Below, in pieces: positions 18,488 through 26,035 of a stretch of 41,536 nt of DNA; position 1 is the stretch's first letter; each line of letters begins with the position of its first letter. The stretch lies in NCBI GenBank assembly GCA_001819095.1, contig MHLS01000002.1, forward strand, positions 11,517 to 53,052. Reading direction: 5' to 3'. The notes beneath the pieces were generated by a model. That model did no database searches and was not told where the DNA came from. It was given only the letters and a program-made list of their open reading frames with translations. This DNA is from Candidatus Lloydbacteria bacterium RIFCSPLOWO2_02_FULL_54_12. GTDB taxonomy: Bacteria; Patescibacteriota; Minisyncoccia; Phycocordibacterales; UBA6899. Position numbers and translations under genes: made by a program.

Positions 18488-19032
18488 ACGCCGAGCACCT
18501 CCTTGTAATTCGTCCATGTGAGTCGGCGCCCTTTGTGTGTGCGGTTGTACGGCTGGTCGTAGAAGATGTGCTCCCACGACGGTTGCCGTACCCCCTTCAC
18601 GTTCGGCTTGTCGTCGATCAGAATGTCGCCGGAGACGAGCGTCTTGTCGCGGGTGATGATGGTCCGCTCGGACCATTTGCGTCCGAAGTGTTCGTCAATC
18701 CACTCCAGCTTCTCCAGCGTGCAGTTCCTGAAGTCGCGCTTGGGAGCCGTGCAGATGCGCACGTCGTTTCCCTGTGCAAGCAGGTACTCGAGCGCTTCAC
18801 ACCCGCCCACGATCGGCGGAAGGTTCCGGTAGAAACCCTTCCGGAGGACGATCTCTTCGATCACGTCCGTCCACTCGCGAGAATAGTTCTTCTCTGTATC
18901 GTGGTGGACGAGCTCATGAATGGGTCGCCAAGGGCCCGTTGGGTGCTCACGCGCCAAGATCGCGTGCAGGCTTTCTTGATAGTTGGCCAGTACGCCGTCT
19001 TGGTCGATGAGGATGATCTTTTTGTTGAGCAT
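18484..19032 (-). CDS. 5'(3')-deoxyribonucleotidase (NT5C-type HAD phosphatase)
   Basis: AAGGAG RBS. ILIDQDGVLANY (HAD motif I in the NT5C style) and ILIDDKP near the C-terminus. Confidence 0.7.
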   Translation of the reverse strand: MLNKKIILIDQDGVLANYQESLHAILAREHPTGPWRPIHELVHHDTEKNYSREWTDVIEEIVLRKGFYRNLPPIVGGCEALEYLLAQGNDVRICTAPKRDFRNCTLEKLEWIDEHFGRKWSERTIITRDKTLVSGDILIDDKPNVKGVRQPSWEHIFYDQPYNRTHKGRRLTWTNYKEVLGV

Positions 19033-19044
19033 GAAGTGTTCTCC

Positions 19045-19584
19045 TTATGGTGTGAGTATGAAGCGAGCGATGCGTGATTGGATGATCGCATCGTCGAGGG
19101 CGCGGTGGGGAAGTTTTTCAAAGGCGATCCCCGCATATTTCGCCATGTTGGCAAGGGTCGCCTCTTTCCACGGACATCCGGTAAGCCCCATGAAGTACGC
19201 CTTCATATCGAGTGCGGAATGTCCGAAGGGATTCGCGACGTCGAACTCCCCGAAGTACCATGCGACGAACATCCAGTCGAAGGGCGCATTGTTGGCGACG
19301 AAGACCGGACGCGTTCTTGCCGAGACTTTCGCGACCCACGCACCGAATTTCGTCATCGCCTCTTTGGGTTCTGGGGCGGTGCGGCTGGTGATGACACGGA
19401 TGTCGTCGATGCCGACCGCTCGAAGTGCGTCTTTTTCGTACCGGACTACCGGAGGAAGGGCAATATTCGTTTGGAATCGCAGGCGCTCCTTGCCGACGAC
19501 GCAGGCACCCAGTTCGTACATGTCGTACTTGCCCGGTGTCGGACCCGTCGTTTCCACGTCGACCGATATGTAGCATGCGTTCAT
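19045..19584 (-). CDS. DEDDh 3'-5' exonuclease (DnaQ/epsilon-like)
   Basis: ISVDVETTG (ExoI), NAPFDW (ExoII) and HRALDDA (ExoIII, H-x4-D). The ATG at 19584 is preceded by AAAGAGG; an alternative ATG lies at 19614. Confidence 0.75.
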   Translation of the reverse strand: MNACYISVDVETTGPTPGKYDMYELGACVVGKERLRFQTNIALPPVVRYEKDALRAVGIDDIRVITSRTAPEPKEAMTKFGAWVAKVSARTRPVFVANNAPFDWMFVAWYFGEFDVANPFGHSALDMKAYFMGLTGCPWKEATLANMAKYAGIAFEKLPHRALDDAIIQSRIARFILTP

Positions 19585-19757
19585 TTTCGCGACCTCTTTC
19601 AATGTACCGTTCATCTGCCGTGACTATAGCGCAAAACAAGGGTTTTGTGCGAGTCGGGCGGAAAAGTTGTACGAAAATCAAACGGTATGTTCCAGATAGT
19701 TGAAAATAAACCAAGATATGAGACAATGTTATTGTATAAAATTCATACAACTTTAGG

Positions 19758-20491
19758 ATGGACCACATCATATTCCTTCAGAAACTCGGCTTGAGTGAGC
19801 GTGAAAGTGCCGTCTTCTTGCGCTCCTTGAATACGGCCGCTCCGGCGTCTCCGAACTCGCGCGGCGCACTGGGCTCTACCGCACCATGGTCTATGAAGCG
19901 CTCGACGGACTTTCGCGCGAAGGACTTGTCGCCGTCTCTCCGAAGGGGAAGTATAAAGTCTACACCGCGGAATCACCGAAGAAACTTGAGGGCAAATTCC
20001 TCGAACTCTCCAACCGCTTCGACGACGAGATCGCGGAACTCTCCTCGCTTGAGCGCTCCCCTGACGCTTGTCGGCCGGTTGTGAAATATGTCGAAGGACA
20101 GAAGGGGATCGTGTCGATACACGACGACATTGTGACCACACTCAAGAAGGGAGACATCTACTATCGCTACAGTTCGTCGAAGATCACGAAGGACGAGCGT
20201 CGGCACAACTACCTCTCGAAGAAATATCGCGTCCTTCGTGACCAGAAACAACTTGAGCGCAAGGTGATCACCAACCTCCCCAACAAGATGGGGAAGCGCC
20301 CGCGCCTTGAGCGCGAGATCAAGGTCGTACCCCCCGACTTTGACCTCTTCGAGTACAATGTCTCCCAAGTGATCTACGGCAACAAGGTCGCCGTTATCGA
20401 CTACAACACCGAGACCGCGGTCGTCATCGAGAATCCCACCGTCGCCCGATTCCAAGGGAAGATCTTCGAGCTTTTGTTCCGGAAGTTGTAG
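19758..20491 (+). pseudogene. TrmB-like winged-helix regulator with an apparent frameshift near 19805-19820
   Basis: The frame from 19758 gives MDHIIFLQKLGLSERESAVF. The frame open from 19805 continues LLALLEYGRSGVSELARRTGLYRTMVYEALDGLSREGLVAVSPKGKYKVYTA. Together they make a complete TrmB-type HTH, and one missing nt (or two extra) separates them. Confidence 0.6.
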
Positions 20492-20587
20492 CTAGGGGTG
20501 CTCCTCCACCCCGCTTGTGGCCCCACCACAAAAGGAACATTTCGCACTTTATCAAAGTGAGCGAAGGTGGTAGATTGGCGCTCAACT

Positions 20588-21226
20588 ATGGGAAAACCAC
20601 TACAACTTGTACTGATCGACGAAACTGGAGATCCTGGTTTTAAACTCGACGGCGGTTCGAGCCCAATTTTTGCCATTGGCATGGTTATATTTTCCGACTT
20701 TCTTGAGGCGGAAAAAACATCAGTTGCGATTAAGCAACTGCGGAGGGATATTTTTCATAATGATCACGCTGAATTTAAGTTTTCAAAGATACGGCCAGAG
20801 TTTCGCCACAGGTTCTTTGAGGCCATGGCACCATTTGATTTTACCGTAAGGGTTCTCTTGGTGGAAAAAGAAAAATTACGGAGCAAAAATCTCAAGTCAA
20901 ACAAAGGATCATTTTACAATTACTTTGTGAAAATGCTTCTCAAGCACAACAAAGGTACTGTCGCAAACGCAAGCGTGAAAATTGACGGAAGTGGAGACAG
21001 GGAATTTAAAAGAAAATTCTGCTCGTATTTAAGCGGAGAGTTAAACGCTCAGAATAGAATCGTGGAGAAGATAAAATTTGCCGATTCGCGCTCAGATGTG
21101 CTTATTCAATTGGCAGACATGGTGGTGGGTTGTGTTAGACGATGCCACGAATCCGAGAACAAAGAAGAGCAAAAGATGTTTGCCCTTCTTAAGCCAAAGA
21201 TCAGTGATATTTGGAAATTCGAGTAA
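20588..21226 (+). CDS. DUF3800 domain protein
   Basis: LVLIDETGDPG near the N-terminus and VLIQLADMVVG near the C-terminus fit the DUF3800 pattern (DE.G ... LQ.AD). ATG at 20588; the tracked ORF begins at a GTG at 20567. Confidence 0.65.
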   Translation: MGKPLQLVLIDETGDPGFKLDGGSSPIFAIGMVIFSDFLEAEKTSVAIKQLRRDIFHNDHAEFKFSKIRPEFRHRFFEAMAPFDFTVRVLLVEKEKLRSKNLKSNKGSFYNYFVKMLLKHNKGTVANASVKIDGSGDREFKRKFCSYLSGELNAQNRIVEKIKFADSRSDVLIQLADMVVGCVRRCHESENKEEQKMFALLKPKISDIWKFE

Positions 21227-21417
21227 AAGAAAACCCCCTTTCGGAGGTTTTCCCAATCTTCGAACCTATGCTGGTGTCCCAGCCACGCTACCTTAAGGTA
21301 ACAGTTCGGATGCGAAAATCTTTGTACCCTTATATTGCCTTATGGTACCACGCTGGTCAAGTGTACAACACGGGAGTCCCTAAAGGCGTTGAAAAATCTA
21401 GGGAATTAGGAAACACG

Positions 21418-21478
21418 CTTGCCAATCTGTACGCCTTCGCCCCAAACGCTAACTGGCGAAAGCGTACAGATTGGCAAG
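21418..21478. repeat. 61-nt near-perfect extended hairpin upstream of the RM gene
   Basis: The 17-bp perfect arms cttgccaatctgtacgc (21418-21434) / gcgtacagattggcaag (21462-21478) are extended by ttcgcc / ggcgaa (21436-21441 / 21455-21460). The loop is 13 nt. Confidence 0.85.
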
Positions 21479-21648
21479 GAAAAAATCAAGATTGCGAGCG
21501 CAGAAAATTGTGTTACGAGTACAAATTTTGAAATTGACACGAACGACCTGCTGGAAAATATTCGGCTCATATTTCAGTTCATTTTATCACGAAAGAATCT
21601 TCGAAAAAAGAAGTTCCTTGTTACCCATAAATCCGCTATAGTGAAGCG

Positions 21649-24600
21649 ATGGCTGGTTTATTTAAGAACCGTATTATCAAGGAGAAAGCTGGAGTTTTCG
21701 GCATTTCCGATCTTGAGAAAAAACTAGCCATTGTAAAAAAGTGGCATGGGGCGTACCACGATACCACCTCAAGCAATGCGTTGAAGTCAAAGACCGAAAC
21801 ACAGTGCGAACAGGCCTTCAATCACGATTTTTTCGTTGAGATTCTCGGATATAAAACTTTTCCAAACGACGTTTACACCATCGAGCCGAAAGCAAGCACG
21901 GAAGCGACAGGACAAAAACCCGATGCGGCGCTTGGCTGGTTTTCGTCGCGCAAGGGGCGTGTTATCGCAGTGGTTGAGATAAAGGATGCAAAAACACCGC
22001 TTGATCGCTCGCAAAAACGCGAAGGGAACCTAAGCCCCATCCAGCAGGCGTTCAAATACAAGCCGCAGTTTAAGGACTGCGAGTTTGTCATTGCGACCAA
22101 TTTTTACGAGACACGATTGTTCAAGGACAACCAACTCGACTACGAACGCTTTACGCTCGACGAACTTATTGACCCGAAAGACGGCTATTTCAACTTCCGA
22201 AAATTTTATTATCTCCTTTGCGCGGAAAACTTCATTCGAGAGGAAGGAAAAACGGAAACGGCGAACCTCCTTTCCGAGATTCGCGAAGAGCAAGAAGAGA
22301 TCACGAAGGAATTTTATGAATTGTACCGGATGTTGCGCCGTGAGCTCATACGGGACATCGTTCGCAACAACGAAACAGCAAAGAAGCCGAAGAATTTCTA
22401 CAGTATCGCCGTTGAAAAGGCGCAGAAACTCATTGATCGCGTGGTCCTCGTCAGTTTTTTTGAAGACAGCGGATTACTCCCCGAGAAAAAGCTTAAAGAG
22501 GTGGTGAATTATGCGGCGAAAGGAGGAGTGGAGACGCCGGTGTGGGAGACAATGAAGCGATTTTTTGCCGCGATTGACAAGGGGTCGTCGAAACTTGAAA
22601 TCCCCGACGGATATAACGGAGAACTGTTCAAGCCCGATCCGGAACTTGACCAGTTGGTGATCAGCGACGAGATCTGCCGGAAATTTGTCGAATTGGGTAA
22701 GTACAATTTTACTGAAGATTTGAGCGTGAACATTCTCGGGCATATTTTTGAGCAATCAATCAGCGACCTTGAATCATTGCGTAATTTTGCGGAAAAGAAA
22801 GAGGGCGAAGCGGAAAAGAAAGACTCGCGGCGCAAAAAAGAGGGCATCTTCTATACGCCGGATTACATCGTGGATTACATCGTCAAAAATTCTCTGGGAA
22901 AATATCTTGAGGAAAAAGAAAAAGAAGTTTTTGGAAAGTGGCGCCTAAAAGAACATCTTTTGGATGATACCTACGACAAGCGTCTCCTTCCGGCGTATCG
23001 AGAGTACAAAGAGGACTTGTTCAAGATAAAAGTGCTAGACCCCGCCTGTGGCTCCGGCGCGTTTCTTGTGCGCGTATTTGATTATCTGTGTGACGAACAC
23101 AATCGTGTTGCCGAGGCAATGGAGGCGCTCGGGGACACGTCTGGCCTTTTTGATATGGAACTCAAGAAAAAAATCCTCGAGTGCAATATCTTTGGTGTAG
23201 ACCTTAACCGCGAAAGCGTCGAGATCACGAAACTCTCGCTCTGGCTCAAGTCGGCAAGAAAAGGAGAAAAACTCACGAACCTCTCGCGAAATATCAAATG
23301 CGGCAATAGTTTGATCGACGACCCTGCGGTTGCGGGCGAGAAGGCATTCGACTGGAAAAGAGAGTTTGAGGATATTATGGACGATGGCGGGTTCGATGTT
23401 GTGGTTGGCAATCCGCCGTATGTTCAATTGAGTAAAATTGAAGCGACGACCGAGGTCGAAAAAAACTATTTACTGAAAAAATACAACACATCAGGTGGTC
23501 GTCTGAATACTTTTATATTTTTTATCCATCTCGCCGAAGAATTGCTAAAGAAAAATGGCTCCCTAAGTTTCATAATTCCCAACACACTACTTACTCAAGA
23601 ATATTACGCAGATACCAGAAAATTATTGGTAGAGAAATTGTGTCTTGAGCAGATTGTAACTTATCCGCACATGCCCTTTGCCGGCGCTGTGGTGGAAAAT
23701 ATTACTTTTTTTGCAAAAAAAGCTCTCCTGAAACACATCGGCATATTTCAGCAAACTCCTGAAGAAATAACTCAGATTGGACAAATAAACCTAGCGGAGA
23801 TAGGCAAGAAAGAAAATTATTTAATCGACATTAGAAATGACAGTGTTTGTAGAAAAATAGACGCCCTGAAACTTCCTTTGTTGAACGGTATTGTAAATAT
23901 AAATCAGGCCATTGCCTTAAAAGGCGATAAGAGTCTGAGCGTCAAAGAAACTTTTAAGGACGGCTACTACAAGCTAATTGATGGTAGAAACATAAGTAGA
24001 TACGCACTTGCTTGGTCTGGGGAATACTTGGAATATGAGCTTAGTCGCATACATTCATGTAAAACCAAAGACATATTTCTTCAGCCGAAATTATTTTTCA
24101 GAAGGGTGTCCGCTGACCTTGTTTTCACATATGATGATGAAAACTATTTTGCCCTCAACACGCTTGTCGTCATAACACCAAAGACAGGAAAGAATGTCAG
24201 CCTAAAATCGTTGTTGGCCGTGCTGAACTCAAAACTCATAAATTACTATTACATCAACAAGTATAAGTCTACAAAAAAAGTATTTTCCGAAATACAGGCT
24301 CGAACCATTGGATTGATACCCACACCAGCACTTGATGGGCGATCTCTCGAGGAGAGGGCAGAGACAATGCTCCGAATGAATAAAGAATTTCACGAAAAAT
24401 TGGAAAAGCACCTCACCATCCTCAAATCAGACCTTGGGATAGAAAAATTGCCGACGAAACTGGAAAAGTTCTATGAACTGTCTTTTGAAGATTTTGTGAA
24501 AGCGGCGAAGGTTAAGGTGTTGCTCTCCAAAAAATCGGAACTTTTCGACTATTTCGAAAAAGCAAAAAGCGAACTCGCCGGACTCAAGGCGAACATCGGC

Positions 24601-24690
24601 GCAACCGACAGCGCGATCGATCAAATGGTCTACAAACTCTACGACCTTACCCCGGAAGAAATAAAAATCGTCGAACAGTCAACAAAATGA
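21649..24690 (+). CDS. Type IIG restriction-modification enzyme (fused PD-(D/E)xK nuclease, gamma-class N6-adenine methyltransferase and target-recognition domain)
   Basis: N-terminal PDAALGWF...VVEIKDAK (D...ExK), methyltransferase motif I VLDPACGSGAFL, motif IV VVGNPPY, and a long C-terminal TRD. Total length is 1013 aa. Confidence 0.85.
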   Translation: MAGLFKNRIIKEKAGVFGISDLEKKLAIVKKWHGAYHDTTSSNALKSKTETQCEQAFNHDFFVEILGYKTFPNDVYTIEPKASTEATGQKPDAALGWFSSRKGRVIAVVEIKDAKTPLDRSQKREGNLSPIQQAFKYKPQFKDCEFVIATNFYETRLFKDNQLDYERFTLDELIDPKDGYFNFRKFYYLLCAENFIREEGKTETANLLSEIREEQEEITKEFYELYRMLRRELIRDIVRNNETAKKPKNFYSIAVEKAQKLIDRVVLVSFFEDSGLLPEKKLKEVVNYAAKGGVETPVWETMKRFFAAIDKGSSKLEIPDGYNGELFKPDPELDQLVISDEICRKFVELGKYNFTEDLSVNILGHIFEQSISDLESLRNFAEKKEGEAEKKDSRRKKEGIFYTPDYIVDYIVKNSLGKYLEEKEKEVFGKWRLKEHLLDDTYDKRLLPAYREYKEDLFKIKVLDPACGSGAFLVRVFDYLCDEHNRVAEAMEALGDTSGLFDMELKKKILECNIFGVDLNRESVEITKLSLWLKSARKGEKLTNLSRNIKCGNSLIDDPAVAGEKAFDWKREFEDIMDDGGFDVVVGNPPYVQLSKIEATTEVEKNYLLKKYNTSGGRLNTFIFFIHLAEELLKKNGSLSFIIPNTLLTQEYYADTRKLLVEKLCLEQIVTYPHMPFAGAVVENITFFAKKALLKHIGIFQQTPEEITQIGQINLAEIGKKENYLIDIRNDSVCRKIDALKLPLLNGIVNINQAIALKGDKSLSVKETFKDGYYKLIDGRNISRYALAWSGEYLEYELSRIHSCKTKDIFLQPKLFFRRVSADLVFTYDDENYFALNTLVVITPKTGKNVSLKSLLAVLNSKLINYYYINKYKSTKKVFSEIQARTIGLIPTPALDGRSLEERAETMLRMNKEFHEKLEKHLTILKSDLGIEKLPTKLEKFYELSFEDFVKAAKVKVLLSKKSELFDYFEKAKSELAGLKANIGATDSAIDQMVYKLYDLTPEEIKIVEQSTK
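24643..24690 (+). repeat. Copy 0 (in-gene) of the RM-tail repeat
   Basis: The sequence gaccttaccccggaagaaataaaaatcgtcgaacagtcaacaaaatga encodes DLTPEEIKIVEQSTK*, the 3' end of the type IIG gene. Confidence 0.8.
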
Positions 24691-24783
24691 CCGTCGTGTC
24701 AACGGTCATTGCGTTTATTGAAAGAGTCTTATAAAATGTTACTATAGTTTCTACTCCTTTTTCTTTTTAGGCACACAAAATCT

Positions 24784-25152
24784 ATGGAAAGTTGGACATT
24801 AACTTGGACAAAACTTACAGGACTATCTAACAGTTCTGTAACAGCGCTTGCTGGTAATTTAGCAGGTGTTTATAGGTTTTCTTATTTGGCTGAAGATGGT
24901 AATTATTACATATTTTATGTTGGGCAGACAGAAGATATCAAAAAGAGATTATTGGAACATTTGTCGTCGAGTGAAACAAATGTTTGTATAAAAAATTATC
25001 TTTCATCAAAAAAATGTTTTTTTAGATATGCAAAGATAACCAAAGACTACATAAGAAATGCCGCAGAAAAACAGATGTATAAACAATATGAGCCAAGTTG
25101 TAATGAGAAAGAACCAAGTGGTCGCGATGACGTGAAAGTGAATCTAACATGA
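24784..25152 (+). CDS. Stand-alone GIY-YIG nuclease-domain protein
   Basis: GVYRFSY (GIY), YIFYVGQT (YIG), KKRLLEH (Arg/His), AEKQMY (Glu) and CNEKEP (Asn) occur in canonical order. It is 122 aa with no additional DNA-binding domain. Confidence 0.7.
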   Translation: MESWTLTWTKLTGLSNSSVTALAGNLAGVYRFSYLAEDGNYYIFYVGQTEDIKKRLLEHLSSSETNVCIKNYLSSKKCFFRYAKITKDYIRNAAEKQMYKQYEPSCNEKEPSGRDDVKVNLT

Positions 25153-25856
25153 CACTTACTATTTGTATCATAGCAAAGGATGGAGTTTTATTTGCTTCCG
25201 ATAGTCGCGCGAGTTCTTTCCTAACAAGTAACGATACAGTCAAGAAAATTTTTAAACTAGATGACCATAATGCAGTAGGCATTGCAGGTGATGGCCCCTT
25301 GGCCATGCATTTTTTTGACACCATTTCTCGCCAGTTAAATTTTCGCAATGGTATATCTGTTTTGGCAGAACAGATGCGCTCGCTTGGCAAAGCACGATTC
25401 GACGAATTTTTTTCTCATCAAGCGCCAAAAGATCGTCCGTCGTTAAGTATTATTCTTGCTGGTTACATGCCAGACGGAAAGCCAGAAATTTATACTCTGA
25501 ACAGTAATGACAACTTTGTTCCACGGAAAAGCCCGATAGGTTTTGAATGTATCGGGATACCAATCATTGCCAACTATTTACTTAACCGTTTATATGAACC
25601 AGACATTACCACACAACACGCCGCAGAACTTGCTACCTTTTGTATAAAAGAAACTAGCTCACAAGACAACCGCGTGGGTGGGCCTACGCAAATAGCTTCT
25701 TTTTCAGACACAAAACAGTATGCGGAGTTGTCGCGAGATGAAGTTGAAAAGATAGAGCAAAAATGTGACCAGTTTCGGTTGCTACAGAAGGGCAACTTTT
25801 ACCCGGAGGATAGCGCTGGCGGAGCAACAAATCCACAAGACGCAACAAGGTCTTAG
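25149..25856 (+). CDS. Proteasome beta-subunit/HslV-like Ntn hydrolase
   Basis: The start forms an ATGA overlap with the GIY-YIG stop. MTLTICIIAKDGVLFASDSRAS places Thr1, Asp17 and Arg19 exactly as in 20S beta subunits. VKKIFKLDD aligns with GKKLFQID (Lys33 region), AVGIAGDG matches, and QDNRVGG aligns with RDSASGG. Confidence 0.75.
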   Translation: MTLTICIIAKDGVLFASDSRASSFLTSNDTVKKIFKLDDHNAVGIAGDGPLAMHFFDTISRQLNFRNGISVLAEQMRSLGKARFDEFFSHQAPKDRPSLSIILAGYMPDGKPEIYTLNSNDNFVPRKSPIGFECIGIPIIANYLLNRLYEPDITTQHAAELATFCIKETSSQDNRVGGPTQIASFSDTKQYAELSRDEVEKIEQKCDQFRLLQKGNFYPEDSAGGATNPQDATRS

Positions 25857-25893
25857 CCCAGCGTTAAATAGGGGACAGCCCCTCCAAAGATAT

Positions 25894-25942
25894 GGCCTCA
25901 CCCCCCGAAGAAATAAACATCGTTGAGCAGGGAACAAAATAG
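25894..25942 (+). repeat. Copy 1 of the RM-tail repeat (orphan 3' end of a type IIG gene)
   Basis: The sequence ggcctcaccccccgaagaaataaacatcgttgagcagggaacaaaatag would encode GLTPEEINIVEQGTK* apart from one extra C. It is identical to copy 2 except for that C and the last base. Confidence 0.85.
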
Positions 25943-26035
25943 CCAATTCACATGAAAGAAAATCAATTTGAAACAATCAAGCGACATATTGAGCGCTCCT
26001 CGGTCTTATGCAAGAAGTATGTGAGCATGTAATTT

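Noticed and set aside
17810-18508. 232-aa plus-strand ORF
   Set aside because: It is antisense to the histidine phosphatase gene, which has the RHG motif and ATGA coupling to its upstream gene.
20492-20545. Two short hairpins after the TrmB-like gene (ggggtg/cacccc and ttgtgg/ccacaa), considered as an island att site or terminator
   Set aside because: The stems are only 6 bp, there is no U-run, and no matching sequence occurs at the right island border. The evidence is insufficient.
21259-21266. The tRNA-like T-loop sequence GGTTCGAA on the minus strand, considered as a possible tRNA or att remnant at the island edge
   Set aside because: The flanking bases do not form a T-stem. I could not fold an acceptor or anticodon arm from the surrounding ~80 nt. 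It lies inside the island rather than at its boundary.
21211-21531. 106-aa plus-strand ORF in the DUF3800-RM spacer
   Set aside because: It overlaps the DUF3800 stop, spans the 61-nt hairpin, has no RBS and has no recognisable motif. The spacer is more likely non-coding.
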